Shown: one piece after another, positions 1-13,027 of the stretch | How the letters are laid out: each line of letters begins with the position of its first letter | Position numbering within the stretch: the stretch's first letter is position 1 | Assembly: GCF_018977255.1 (NCBI RefSeq) | Contig: NW_024704747.1 | Location: 19,406,001-19,470,000, forward strand | Length of the DNA stretch: 64,000 bases | Direction of reading: 5' to 3' | Origin: Callorhinchus milii | Lineage: Eukaryota | Notes under the pieces: generated by a model | The model's database searches: none | What the model was told of the DNA's origin: nothing | What the model saw: only the letters and a program-made list of their open reading frames with translations | Made by a program: the position numbers and the translations under genes

Positions 1-240
1 TCCCTGCCTCATGCCCCAAACAAATCTTGTTCATTTTGGCAACATTTTCTGAAATAGGATTGCAACTAAGCCAATTCTTTGTGAAGATTAACGTGGACAA
101 AAAAGCATTTAATTGGATTTGTTTTGCAAGGGCAAATTGATTTAGAAATCTCACAGGAGTGAACCCAATTCTTTCTCACATTTTGTGCTATGAAAGGACA
201 AGCAATATAGTGGGTGACTCTTCTCTCTTGTACAGGGAAA

Positions 241-730
241 TAATAATCATCCTTGCATTTAATATAGAGCTTTATCACATTGTCGAGACATCTCAAATCG
301 CTTCACAGGATATACTTTGAGAAGTCCAGAAGACGTGAAAAGCGCTATAGCAAATGCAAGGATTATTATTAATGTAAAGTGGATTGACTGTGTATTTTGT
401 GGGCAATACATGGCAGCTGGTTTGTGAACAGCAATGTCCCACAAACAGCCATGGAGTGAGTGACCAATTTTTTTATTTGGATGTTTGTTGGCCAGGACAT
501 CAGGAGAAACTTTTCTCTTTTTGAACAGCGCCATGGCACCTTTAATGTCCACCTGAATAGGCAGATCTTGGTTTAACTTCTCATCCAAAGGATGCCAGTT
601 CCGACAATACAACATATTCCTAGCACTGCATTGGAATGTCATCTTAGATGATGTGATTCCAAGTCCCGAAGTGGGGCTTGAACCCACAATCTTCCGAGTC
701 AGAGGCGAGAGTGCTACCACTGAGTCATGT
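241..730 (-). mobile_element. tRNA-headed SINE with Deu-type domain and L2-like tail (older family, SacSINE1-like)
   Basis: Minus-strand head actcagtggtagcactctcgcctctgactcggaagattgtgggttcaagcccc; domain gtgggacattgctg; tail ending tgcaaggatgattatta. Confidence 0.9.
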
Positions 731-2657
731 TGACACACATTCCATAACAAGGAGACCTAAACTTAAAATTTGAACTATAGACTGGAAAGAAGTCCGATTC
801 GAAAACATTCTTCAACAAAGAGGGTGTGAGAATATTGATCATTCTGGTTTTAAATTCCTTGTCACTGTTCCAGAAAAGATTCAACAAAGTCACATTGTGA
901 ACTTTAGCTTCATTTTCTAGCAGCTACCAGCAAGATATGTCATGTCTGTCTTTCTATTTTTTGTTTTGCTTTTTAATATTCCATTATGGTCCACACCCTT
1001 CACTTGGCTTCTGCTCAGATGTGAGGATTCTACACAGTGGCCTCTAGCACTTCCAAAGGATATATTAGTGCGAGCTAAAAAACAATTTGGAAACCAACGC
1101 TATAGAAACGCAGAATGCCCTGCTCCACAAGGCCATAAATGCAAAACCAATGGAAGTGTTTCAAGCGAGAGCAATCGATGGGGGCTTAGGAAGTAACATA
1201 ATGAAGGAATATGGAGAAAAGGAGGGAAATGCGATTATAGAGAGAAAGAGCTGCCATAAACAAATATATAATACAGCAGGATAGACGGCTGTTGCTATAT
1301 TTAGACCAATGCAAATACAGGTAGTATTATTAGCAATACACGCCTCTATGGTGGGGAAACTCCCTAAGCAATTCACTGTGAGGATTTGGTGTACTTTGAA
1401 AGAAATACATTTCTCATTTCACAAAGTGTACCTTGTCAGGCAGCTGAACACACAGGGAGTAGTCAGTGAATGAGAAGTAGGAATAGGGAACACAGCAAAG
1501 GACACGGCTAGCGTTGTAAATACGTACATAATTCTCTTCCCGCCTCCTTCCCCTGGCATAACTATTTTCAGCAGCAAACTGCAGCCCTCAGACTTCTTTG
1601 CTGTGTTTTTCATTTATATGTCTTCCAGATATTTTTACAGCAAACTCTGTGGTCTACGACCACCGGAATCCAAGTTTAAGCTGTTCTTTCTGCTGAGAAT
1701 TTTTACAGTATCTGTGTAGCTCTTAAAAATAATGCTATTTCCTACTTAATTAAAATCATCCTAGAACAGGAAGGCATCAGAGGCCATTTCCACTCGATGA
1801 ACAGCAGACCCCTATGTTTACAAAACTCATCCAAGCTGCCCATCAGAATTTGATGTGTAAATTTATGCAATCCATCTTAATGTACTCCCCAAATCACGTG
1901 ACCAATCTAACTTCATGTTTCATAGACAGAAAACTGAATTTGTAGCCCCCGGAGGTAATAATTTTTCATCACAAAAATTGAATTTCAAGTACCTCTCTCA
2001 AATTCATTATGCATCACTGAATTAGCTAAGTGGTAAGTCCGCAGAGATCCTGTATAATGGATGGAGATAGCAACGTGTAACATATTCCTTACCAAAGATT
2101 GGGTTGTGACATTAAATCATTTTGATGCGTGTTCTTGGCTGTGTCGCATGCACTCACACACAGACAAAAACACACAAAACCATGTTATGCCTACACAGCA
2201 TTTACTTTCCAGGAAAAAAAATGTAAGCATCACCTTATCAGATATATGTCAACTAACGACACAGGGCACACAAGTGATGGAGAATAGAGTCAAGACCTCC
2301 ATTCAGTTCTATAAAGGTTAAACTACTGTTAGAAGATGCCAAGTGAAAATAATAATGACAGAGGAGACTAAGTGTGCAATGTAATAGCTGCTATTGAAAC
2401 ACATACTCTTTTGCAATGAGAATAATGTCCATATTCTATTTTTAAACCAAGCCATCTATAAACCCTGTACTTAAGGGATTCAATCTTCTTTGTTCACTGA
2501 AATGTTAAAGTTCTCTTATTCTGCACCAGAGCAAAACATTTGTATATTAAAAGCAGCAAAGAGCATTCAAGAACATTTATCACAAAAAATAGGGTCATTG
2601 TAAAATTTAAAAGTCTGGTTTTAAAAAGAACCTCTTAAGGAAATGAATAATGTTTAC

Positions 2658-2734
2658 CTGCTCAGGATTGTACTTGGACAGCACCCCATCGCCATGAAAC
2701 TCCGCCAGCACATCTTTCAGTTTTTTTGAGGAAT
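2658..2734 (-). CDS. DGKG: Diacylglycerol kinase (type I, probably gamma), second coding exon: (Y)[25 protein letters not shown]
   Basis: 77-nt exon with acceptor ttttctctgcag| and donor CAG|gtaaac, phase 1 to 0. The peptide matches my recollection of the type I DGK N-terminus (DGKB [38 protein letters not shown]...). It joins in frame to the 13028-13094 exon. Family call is strong; the paralogue call (gamma vs beta) is less certain. Confidence 0.92.
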
Positions 2735-2796
2735 CTGCAGAGAAAATGTTATACTGTAAAATGCAATGGTTTGGTCTTGGATGGGAAATAAAATAA

Positions 2797-3160
2797 TAGT
2801 AATCCTTACATTTGGTATAGCGCCTTCCACTTCAGGAAGGCTTCCCAAAGCACTCCACAAGGAAATACTCTAAAATCCAATGACTGCATATTTTGTAGGT
2901 GAATGCATGCCAACTTGGACACAGCAATGTCCCATCAACAGCCAAGGGGTGAGTGACCAATTTTATTTAGGGGATTGTTGGGCAGGACACCAAAGGAATC
3001 TCCCTTTTCTTTTCGAAAAGTGCCATGCGATCTTTAGTGTCCACCTGAACAACCAAACAGGATCTCGGTTTAAAGTGTCAGCTTAGACTATATGAGTTCC
3101 AAGTCTCAATGTGTTGCTTGAACCCACAATGGTCTGGCTCAGAGGTGAGAGTGCTCCTAA
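2797..3160 (-). mobile_element. Deu-type SINE (degraded)
   Basis: Homologous to 241-730. Confidence 0.8.
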
Positions 3161-4639
3161 GTAAACAACAGCTTTCTGGGGCAGAGCATTCTACATCTTC
3201 TACATCTTTCTGTGTGAAGAAATGCTTCCTGACCTCAATCTTAGCTCTGACTTCAAGGTTATGTCCCCTTTGTAATGATTCCCTCTACCAGAGGGAAGTC
3301 GTTCATTATGCAACTGTTAACTCCTTTCGTTATTTTCAATACCTCAATCAAAGCACCCTTAAACTCCTCTGCTCTAAGGATGATAAAGATTACTCAATCT
3401 CTCACCTGAGCTAAGGCCCTTCAATCCAGCCCAACTTCCTTCCTATTGAACAAATCTGCTCATTGCTGTTTCATTGAAATTACCACAGACACTTAAGAAA
3501 CCATCAACAGTGTTTTTGGAAATTGCCGTTCAGAGTGGTGTTATGCTGAATGGGGAGCCCCATTGAAACACCAGATTTTCTATAAAAATACATTACAGAC
3601 AAATTCAAGAAGTGTGAAATGTCTTAACAAAAATGTTAAGTGTTGGTTGATGTGACTGATAAATAATTTCGAACCAACACCACCCTCTCCCACAACAAGA
3701 AATGCAGGTGACTGTGGCAAAGTGAAAAGCAGGCTTTCCAACAGCGTATTCTGCATTACGATGCAATAAAGTGTGTGATCTTTGAGTATTTGCACACATT
3801 TAAAAACAGGTTTGCATATTGTACAGGCATAACAACAGCAGAGTCGGGTTTATCTTTCCTTACTTTGCATTGAGGACGTTTCCAACTACTATATATTTTA
3901 TTGCGAATGCAACAATTGAGTCTTTGCAGTAAGAAGCCATGATGGAGGCTGCAGACTTTTCCCATCAGAACGTTTTTGGAGCTACCATTATCTTCAGATC
4001 GAATAGACCAGTTGGGTATTGGCTCGATGTTTTCAAGCACTTTGAGGAGTGAAGGGTTAACAGTCACGGGAAGATGGGGAAAAATCTCTTTTTAAAAAGT
4101 GTTTTTAGGTTAAGAAAAATTTCAGTTAGGACTTTGTCATTATGGTGGAATTTGATAATAATAATAACCATTACATTTGATTATCATGGCATTCGCGTTA
4201 GGGTAATGTCTCAAAGCACTTCACGGGGTATACTGTAAAGTGTAGGAACTGAATATTTTGTAGGTGATAATAGCTGTTGAAGAAGAAAATGCCTCTGCAG
4301 GATGTGACTTGTCAAAACATGTTACACTGCAGTCACAGTTATAACTTAAAGTAATTCCAGACAATACAGGCATTTTTAACCAGGTCCAAATACTACAATA
4401 TTAGGTGACAGATTAAATTGAAGGGGGAATGATTGGCAAGACTGCATTCACACGCAATACATTCATTCCCACAGAATAACAAGAGAGTTCAAAACATTCG
4501 CAGATTATTAATGCGTGCAGCTCTTAAAATAATGCAGTTTAAGCAACTACCATTAGATAAAGACAAGTTTGTTAGAACAACTTGCAAAGCGCCCTTCACG
4601 AGGGTAGTGAATTATCAGTGGCTTGTCACTGAACCAGAA

Positions 4640-4940
4640 AGGGCGGGGGGCAGATACTGAAGGCATAGTCAAAGAGGAAAGTCTTCAGGTGTGATTTAAA
4701 GACAGCAGACAGTAAGACAGAAGAATTGAGGTGAGTAGTTTCACATCTTCGGGGGATAGTGGCTGAAAGCACGGCTGCCAATTGTGGAGCAGAGGGGACG
4801 AGAGACCTGCAGGAGACGTGTGCCAGCTGAGCGAATGCGGTGGGTAGAGGAGTGGGGTACCGTATGAGCAGATTGGAGAGGTAGAGAAGTGCTGGGTGTG
4901 AAGAGATTTAAAGTGAGAATCTTGAAATCGATCTGGTAGC
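4640..4940 (-). mobile_element. L2 3' fragment (degraded)
   Basis: Purine-rich antisense match to the L2 3' region (ggctgaaagcacggctgccaattgtggagc; cttgaaatcgatctg). Confidence 0.7.
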
Positions 4941-5214
4941 CCTATGATGTCTTACAAAACGATATTTCACTCGAGTGATTCACAGTAGACACTTGGGAGC
5001 ATAAAGTCAATTTTAAAAATTTATTTTAAGTTACCTTCCTTATCAATTAAAGTACAAAAACATGCAAAGAACATAGCAACTGTGACTCCCCAAATGAATG
5101 TTCTGCAATGACAGTGAACTATTGACTTGCAGAATGAAATCACAATATGAAAAGAAAAAAAGAAATAAGGTGATTTTTCCAGTTCATTTATTCCAGTCCA
5201 CCTCACTTTTGTCT

Positions 5215-5620
5215 CCATACTCTTGTCTCTGAGCCAGAAGGTTTAAACTCCACATAGGGAATTTGAGCTCACAGTCTAAGCCTGACACTCAAGTGCATTT
5301 TTGAGGGAAATTGCTGCATTGTCGGAGGTGTGACCCTTCAGATGAAACCAAAGTTCCATCTGCCTTTTCAGGAAGAGGTTTAAAGATCCTACGGTACGTT
5401 TCAAAAATGGGAGTTTCTTCTTGTGTCCTGGCCAACAATCCTCCAGATAATATTGGTCATTCACTTCATGGCTGTTTGTGGGACATTGCTGTGTGCAAAT
5501 TGGTTGCCACATTTCCTCCACCAAAAAATCACAGTTTGCTACACTTTATAGTAAATCTTGTGAAGCGCTATGAGACATCCTCTTGATGTGAAAGCCGTTA
5601 TATGAAATGCAAGGATTTGT
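5215..5620 (+). mobile_element. Deu-type SINE
   Basis: ggctgtttgtgggacattgctgtgtgcaaattggttgcc plus the L2-like tail. Confidence 0.85.
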
Positions 5621-7939
5621 TTTTATATATATACACTGTCCTTTGTGGATTTAACACTGTATACGCCAAAAGACAAATCTGTCACCATCTACAGAGCGCG
5701 TAAAATTTAAAAGTTAAAATTTAAAAGTATTTTAAAATTTCTGCGACTGTGAATTTAATTATCATTCATTGCAGAATTTCCATACAAGCCTAATCTGCAG
5801 ACTACAAAGAGAAACATGGAAGCACATTTTAAAAAACATGTTGAACAATATTCTGACATGATTGTTTACTAATAATAAAAAGTGTAGTCCTTTGTGTTTG
5901 AGGTTTGTGCACCTCTCTTGTGTCAAAGCTGGATCGGTTCTGCAATGTTAATTTGCTTGTCTCAATTCCTTCCTGCTGATCTGTCATCTCACAGCCACTT
6001 TCTTCTCTGGCTTTCGTTCCTCTAGCCTTCCCCGCTCCCACTCTCTCGTCATCGTTTCTGGAGCTCCTCCTTCCCTGCTGCTCTCCATTCTGTTTTCATT
6101 TTAATGAAGCTCTCCATAGTGAACAGCGAGAGCTACACAGCTCAGTCTGTGATTCCCAGTGACACTGACCTTTGATGGAGAGCGGCGCTAACATTATCAA
6201 CCTGCCAAACAGCCCTCCTCCGCGCCATATGCTCATTTTTTGACCTTGCCCAGCCTTAATCTCAACAGGATAGGAACATGCAACATTCCGTGGTTAAAAA
6301 AACAAATGTCTTCACAATTTGGAGGCTAACGCAGAAGGTATTTGTGCCAACAAAGTAAAGTCCACGGAAAGGCAAAAAAAACAAACAATTAAACCGAAGG
6401 TCTTTTTTCCCCGCCAGAGAACCTCCCTTATGTAACCAAATCGTGTCATGGAACCTTTAACACCCAAATGAACAGTCAGACTGGTTTAATGTCTCATCCA
6501 AAAACAGCATTTTCGATAATGTAATGCACCACTTGTACTGCGCTGAGTGCTAGTATGGACTATACGCTTAATAAATATATGCTTACATGTCTATGTGCGG
6601 CTTGAACCCATAACTTTCTGACCCAGAGACAAACTGTGTTTGAAGCTTAGCTTAGCTTGGGGTTTAGGAGGGTAAGAGGTGAATTTACTTTGATGGGCGA
6701 TGCCTTAAGTTGAAATCAATAGAGAATTCAAATGCTGAAGGCATTAATTAAATGTGTTAAAAAGCAATTATTGAAGGCTTTATGTAAATCTTCAGACTGT
6801 CACATTAACCCAGGTGTGCTCTCTCATTAAGCGTGATCTGGTTGATGTACATTCTGTCAAAATATTCGCACTGTCAGAATAGAAACTTAGAAAGTCCTCA
6901 ACACAACTTGCTTTAATCTCAAATGTTTTCTGTACCTTGCTTAAATGTAAAGGGATCCAGAGAATACCACTCACAAATGTTGTGACAGACACTGAAATCA
7001 TTGCTTTAAAAGAAAAAATATTGCCTTACAAGATTATATTTTACACTAAATCATAAAAATAAAAATTTAAATATGCATCTCATCTACAATTGAACAAAAC
7101 CCATTTTCTGCTCAAATACCAAGAGACTCTAGTCATAATGAGCGGCGGACAGGGAAATAGTTCTACAATAGATTTCAAAGTGTTCCCTCTGTGTGCAAGC
7201 ACATAGATTAAAACTACATTCTCCTTCACTGAAAAATGTCAGTCTTAATAAAGTCTATCTTTTGGCTTTCATATTTATCATGTGCAAAGCAACCTCCAAC
7301 ACCATTGTTAGCATTTCAGGGAATTTGTACCAGAATATGTATTCCAATCACATATGCAACAGAAAGCATTCTGTATGTACTCCAATAATGAGAGATTTAC
7401 ACTTTTTTTAAATAAATGATGCGAGTGCATTTTGGTAAACCTGAACATCCACAAATCTCAAAGCGAACATGACTGAAGACTTCATGTAATCCACAGCATG
7501 CCAATCAAGCTAACCCAGTCAACCAGCTATCCATCTCTTGAGGGCTCAGGCCTGCAATATTCAGGGATTAGGGGAAGGGAAACCGTCTCCTTGGAGCTGA
7601 GATGGCGTCAGGGTGATTTGCTTTTCGGAACCAAGTCAACCCTCTGTGGCGGTCCCAACAATCCACATTTTGAGCTAAGTGGGTACGTGGTACTCCAAGG
7701 CGCTGTAGATGACAGACCAGCCAGCCTGGCTCAGTGGGGACACGGAGGTGCACAGCAGTCACTGGAGATTGCTCCCAATTATCTCCCCCGTTAACCATGT
7801 AAGCCAAAGCCCAAATGGGTAGGGTGGTCCTAGTTGGGCAAGAGTTGGGAAGCTTGCCAGACAGTGCATAGATGGTGTATATATGTGAAACTATCTAAGG
7901 TCCTACCTTTCACACCGCCTCCACTTCGTCACATCAAAC

Positions 7940-9047
7940 AGCTTCTCCTCCAGCCCCCGCACCATCTTGTGCGATGTCCCTCAGGGCTCTATCTTGGTCC
8001 CCTCCTCTTCACCCTCTACGTGCTTCCCCTTGGTAACATTATCCGCAGACACCTGATAAATTTCCACATGTATGCAGATGACACCCAACTATCTCTCTGC
8101 CTCCACCCTCAACTCCAGGACTACTAGTGTCCTGACCGACTGCCTATCCGACATCAAGTCCTGGACGAGGGACAACTTTCTCCAACTCAACGTCAGTAAG
8201 ACTGAGGCCCACCTGATTGGCTCGTGCCAGCGCCTCCGCACCTTGGGCGCTGGCAGCATCAGCCTCTACGGCTGCACACTCAACCTCACTAAGCCAGTCA
8301 GGAACCTGGGTGTCTTGTTTGACCCTGAACTGTCCTTTCTCCCCCACATCCGCACCATGACCGGTACTGCCTACCACCACCTCCGCAACATTGCCAGATT
8401 CCGCCACTACCTCACCCCTCAGGCTGCCAAAACCCTCACCCACACATTCGTCACATTAAGGCTCAATTACGGGAACTCCCTCCTCATCGGCCTTCCCAAC
8501 TCTTCCCTTCACAAGCTGCAGATCATCCAAAATTCTGCAGCTCGTGTACTCTTGCGCACCAGACTCTGTGACTCCATCACTCCCACCCTCACCCGACTGC
8601 ACTGGCTCCCCATTCCCCAGAGGATCGAATTCAAGATCCTTGTCCTCACTTTCAAGGCCACCCATGGTCTTGCCCCCTCTTACCTCTCTGACCTGCTGAC
8701 TCCCTACCAACCTGCCTGTTCCTCTCCGTTCAGTGGGCTCCGGCCTGCTCCATGTCTCCCGCCCGACCCACCCTACCATCCGTGGCCGGGCTTTCAGCCT
8801 CTCTGCCCCCACACTCTGGAACTCCATCCCACAGTCCCTTCGCCTCGCTTCCTCCCTTGTCTCCTTCAAGACCGATCTCAAGACCCTCCTCTTCGATCGT
8901 GCCTTCGGTCGCCCTCCCACCTTTCTGCCTTCCCTCACCCCTACACCACCCCTCCACCATGCTCGGGCCCCGACACCTGACTTTTCAGCACTTTGGGACA
9001 TCTTCCGGACATGAAAGGTGCTCTATAAATGTAATTTTGTTGTTGTT
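7940..9047 (+). mobile_element. 5'-truncated L2-clade LINE (RT C-terminal half, 3' end and (TTG)n tail), frameshifted
   Basis: Peptides [67 protein letters not shown] and RAFSLSAPTLWNSIP occur across frameshifts. The 3' end reads tgaaaggtgctctataaatgtaattttgttgttg. Confidence 0.95.
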
Positions 9048-9754
9048 GAAACTCAGTTCAACCATAGTTTGCAAGAACAAAAGAAACTGACAGTTGCACA
9101 AGATAAACTAATAGTTTGAGGTCAGGGGGAGAAAAAGTTTGGCTGTTTCATAAACATGGGGGCATCAAACTGATGCACATAGTTTATAAATAGAAAAGAA
9201 CCTTTGATAAACGTCTTCCTGATTGAAAGTACTGCATACAACAACTGGCAAAAGCATTCCATATCAGAAAAATGCATTGCAAATGAAGCATAATTAAGGG
9301 CGTAATTGTAATAAACTGACATTTCAGAAGCTTTCATCTACTCAGAATATACTAACATCAATCCGCTGGCTGCCCCCACACTTCCTCCAGTGTTTCAGCA
9401 TTCTCTTTTTACAGCTGGTGTATTAAGATTATCAATTTATTTTGCTGAGCAACCCAAAAATAGCAACTACACAGTTACGATACACCTGAGTGCAAGCAAA
9501 ACATCCCCAATTTCTTTTGCAAATATGTCAGAAATCCTATATGCACAAATATGAAAACGTGTACATGTCTTTAGCTAAATCTCACAATCAGAGAGCCATC
9601 CATTAATTGATTCTTCATGAGCATTGCACATGAATAGCTCTTTTCTTTTTCTTATACATTATCTACTACTTTGTACTGGAGGAAAAAACAATGATCCATT
9701 GATGTGCATTCGCCCACAAAATATACAGTTAATTCACCTTACAGTGTATTTACA

Positions 9755-9992
9755 GGGTTCTCCATCCCACATTCCCTTTGGTCGCTCCCTCCTTTGCCTC
9801 CTTCAAGGCACGCCTCAAGACCCTCTTCTTCGACCGTGCCTTTGGCCAGTCTCCTAACCTCTCTGCCCTCCACCTTCCCTGATCTCAACCCCAACACCCC
9901 CCTGCCCCGCTCCTCCTCTCAGGTTCTAATCTCTGATTGTTCAGTGCCTTGGGTGATGTGAAAGGCGCTTTACAAGTGTAATTTTGTATTGT
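9755..9992 (+). mobile_element. L2 3' end fragment
   Basis: ccttcaaggcacgcctcaagaccctcttcttcgaccgtgcc...tgaaaggcgctttacaagtgtaattttg, homologous to 8860-9040. Confidence 0.85.
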
Positions 9993-12004
9993 ATTCTGCA
10001 AAGTCCTTTGAAGAAGCCTTGAAGATGTGATAAGGCGCTATATCAAATGCAAGAAATATTATTATTGATACACCTCCAAGTGATTTGCAGGTAGCTGCTG
10101 TAAAAGCATTGACTGCATTTAAAGGCAAATGTGGTAGCTTTTTACACAGGCAAGATTACACAAATAGGATTGTTTTTCAGGACATCAGGAGAAACTCCTT
10201 TCTCTTGTCAAACTAAATCATGGGAATTTGAATAAAATAAAACCTTGGTAAAAATGTTCATCTGAAAGAAAATATATCTGACAATGTAGTGCTTTCCTAG
10301 TACTGTATTTGAGTGCCAGTCAAGACTGAAATCCTAACTTGGAATTGGAACTCAGTCTTCTGATCCAGAGACGAGAGTCTTAACAACTGACCCAAACTGA
10401 TACCCAAGAGAAGAAGCTGAGATACCATTCACTGCAGATTTTCTGTAGTTCATTAGGGTTACCTTTCTAAAATGTCCAATATTTGCTTTCTTTGCAAACA
10501 CCCTTTTAAATCTGACTCCAAAAAATACTTGCACATCTAAATTGAATGTGAAACACAATCAATTATTTAAACTGGTTTGGCCTTATAATAAACACTCGAT
10601 TCTCAATGAATGTCACCCATCTCACATGATGCTAAGAGCAACCAACCACAGCTAATTGCACATTTCCTGAATTACAGATGTCTTAAATTCATACGTAAAG
10701 AAGGTCCATGTTACATAACAAATCCCGAGTAAATTCAAAATGAAGCTGAGCAACTGTATAATCGATTTGTGCAAAGTCCATTGAAAAGTTTAAATTGAAA
10801 ATCTGTCGTTGATAATGTCAGGATCAGATATTGGCTTTTGAGACTCTTCTAGGGCCAGTTACTTTGTACTGCAGCCAACAAACCAGCCAACGTACAGTCA
10901 ATGCTTTTGACTGTACCTTGGGAAAGTAAAAGGTAATCAGTATGAAAAATCTGGTAACGATCTATATACATTGACCATTTGTTGCAGAATCGCAACGCTG
11001 GTAAAGATTGGAACCCCGGGGACCTGTTTAGCAATGCACCAAACACCTGAAGTCAGCAGGATTAATGAGTGGAGCCATCCTGATTGCAGATTAGTCAGTG
11101 CAAAGAGATAAATCAGAGAGTAACATTCTCTCATATCACTCGTGTCTAGACCTGCAGCGACTTGGGTAAGAGTTAGTTAACAAGCTGTCCTACTCTTTTG
11201 CTCAGAGAGTATTTGTGGTAAGGGAGGAGCAAAACTCTCATTTTATTTCAAATAATAACAGTTAACCTAATAATACTCTGAACCCCCTAACCCCCGCCCC
11301 ACCCCAAACACAGGCATTCAATTTCTGCAAAATGTCCCTATACCATATCATATTTCCATGTTTGTAGAAAATGAAATCTACTTATAAATTCTGAAATCAC
11401 TATAGTTAAATAGTTAAATGATTTGACTTTTTTTTAAAATAGTAATAATCCTTGCTTTTTTTATTTTCTATTTTACTATTTATGAATCATTTAAGTTTTT
11501 AGTGAAATACACTTTCCAGTTTCTACATTGTGTGTGGAGTGGGCTGCTTACCGCAATCACATGATAAATAGTCAATTGATTCATTTTTTTGTATGGTGCA
11601 TAGTGTAACTAGGAACGTTACAACAACAACTTGCATTTACTACAGATGTCGTCTTTAAGTAGCATGTTTTCCTAACATTCCCTGCGTTTTTAAGTGTTTC
11701 CTTTATGGGGAGTTTAAGGAGTTTTCAAAATGATGAAGGGCTATGATAAGGGAAAGACTAAAGGATAAATAGAATATTTAAAGGTATGAGAAAATAAAGC
11801 AAGAGAGTGGGATTAGATTAGGTGCAGAGAAACACCAAGATTGACTCAATGGGCTGAAATGGCCCATTTTTATTCTGTGATACTCTATCATTTTATGATA
11901 TTGATGTAAACAGATTTAAAATAATGAGGGGGTGATGAGCTCCATTAACAGCACACTTTAAAATTGATGCAATTAATAGATGTTTCAAGTACCATGTCAC
12001 ACCT

Positions 12005-12400
12005 ATAGTTCAGTGGTAGCACTCTTGCCTCCGAGTCAGAAGGTTTTGGGTTCAAACCCCACGTCGGACTTGGAATCACGTAGTCTAAACCAGCACTCTA
12101 ATGTGGTGCATTGTCCTCCGAATGAGAAGTTAAACCTAGGTCCCGACTATCTATTCAGGAGGACTGTAAAGATGACCTGGGAATTTTCGTAAGAGAAAGG
12201 AGTTTCTCCCAGTGTACTGGCCAACAATCCTCCAAATAAAATTGGTTACTCACTCCATGGCTTGTGGGACATTGCTGTGAGCAATTGGCTGCAGGGTTTC
12301 GCCCACAAAATACGCAGTTACTACACTTTACAATTTACAGTGTAGTGTCTTGAGACGTCTCGATGACATGATAATATCAAATGAAAGGATTATTATTATA
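12005..12400 (+). mobile_element. Deu-type SINE
   Basis: Head gttcagtggtagcactcttgcctccgagtcagaagg, Deu-type domain and (ATT)n tail. Confidence 0.88.
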
Positions 12401-13027
12401 TAAATATCCTTGCAAAATTCCTGCATTTAACATTGAGTGTTTCACAACTGGAGGATGTCTCAAAACGCTTCACAGGATGTTACAGTGAAGAGCAATGACT
12501 GTGTGTTTTGTAAGTGAACGTGTTCTTCAAGCATACAACAGTGAAAAATGTTATCTTTTTCATCATGGGGTTGAAATACAAGGCCAATGTGCAGTCTGGA
12601 ATTGTAAGAGCAATGAGCCTGCTTATCTAAAGAACCCTAGATGAACCATTCTTGAGCTCCAATCAGAAAAGCACAACATAGGAACAGTTATATAAAACTA
12701 CAATAAAACTACCTCCTTTCCAAGCGCTCACTGCGTAAATTAACTAGTGAAATGTTACTTTGAAGCTGCACCTCACTGTCTCTTCTTTGAAGACAATAAT
12801 TGAATAATTGAGGGTGATTTGATTTACATCAACCTACAAATTTGAAGAACCCTAACAAACTATTTACGAGTGCAAACTGAAAAAGCATTGCCTAACGGTT
12901 ATACAAAGGTTATACAACGTGTAATCTTTTCCCCCTTGCTCTCCTTTTGATTCTGTAGCATCTCTTCATATGTTCCACTTAAAATTATTGATGCTGTTGC
13001 ACAACATGGAATAAATAGTGTACTTAC

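Noticed and set aside
1-48. Minus-strand exon candidate (acceptor at 49-50; NVAKMNKICLGHEAG, vaguely PLAT-like)
   Set aside because: The phase-0 frame required after the 2658 donor stops after 5 codons, and no frame resembles the next DGK exon.
1432-1613. Signal-peptide-like ORF with a donor (…MYVFTTLAVSFAVFP…)
   Set aside because: The donor is weak (AAG|gtacac) and falls in phase 2, incompatible with the phase-0 junction expected next in DGK. No homology recognised.
3864-4040. Open frame with donor AAA|gtaagg in DGK intron
   Set aside because: It ends in phase 0 while the next DGK exon needs phase 1, and the peptide is not recognisable.
7570-7790. Possible further MITE with gggga...tctcccc termini
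   Set aside because: Arm complementarity is too weak to support by eye.
8072-8980. 302-aa ORF as a host gene or intact reverse transcriptase
   Set aside because: It is a 5'-truncated, frameshifted L2 fragment lacking the endonuclease and the N-terminal RT motifs.
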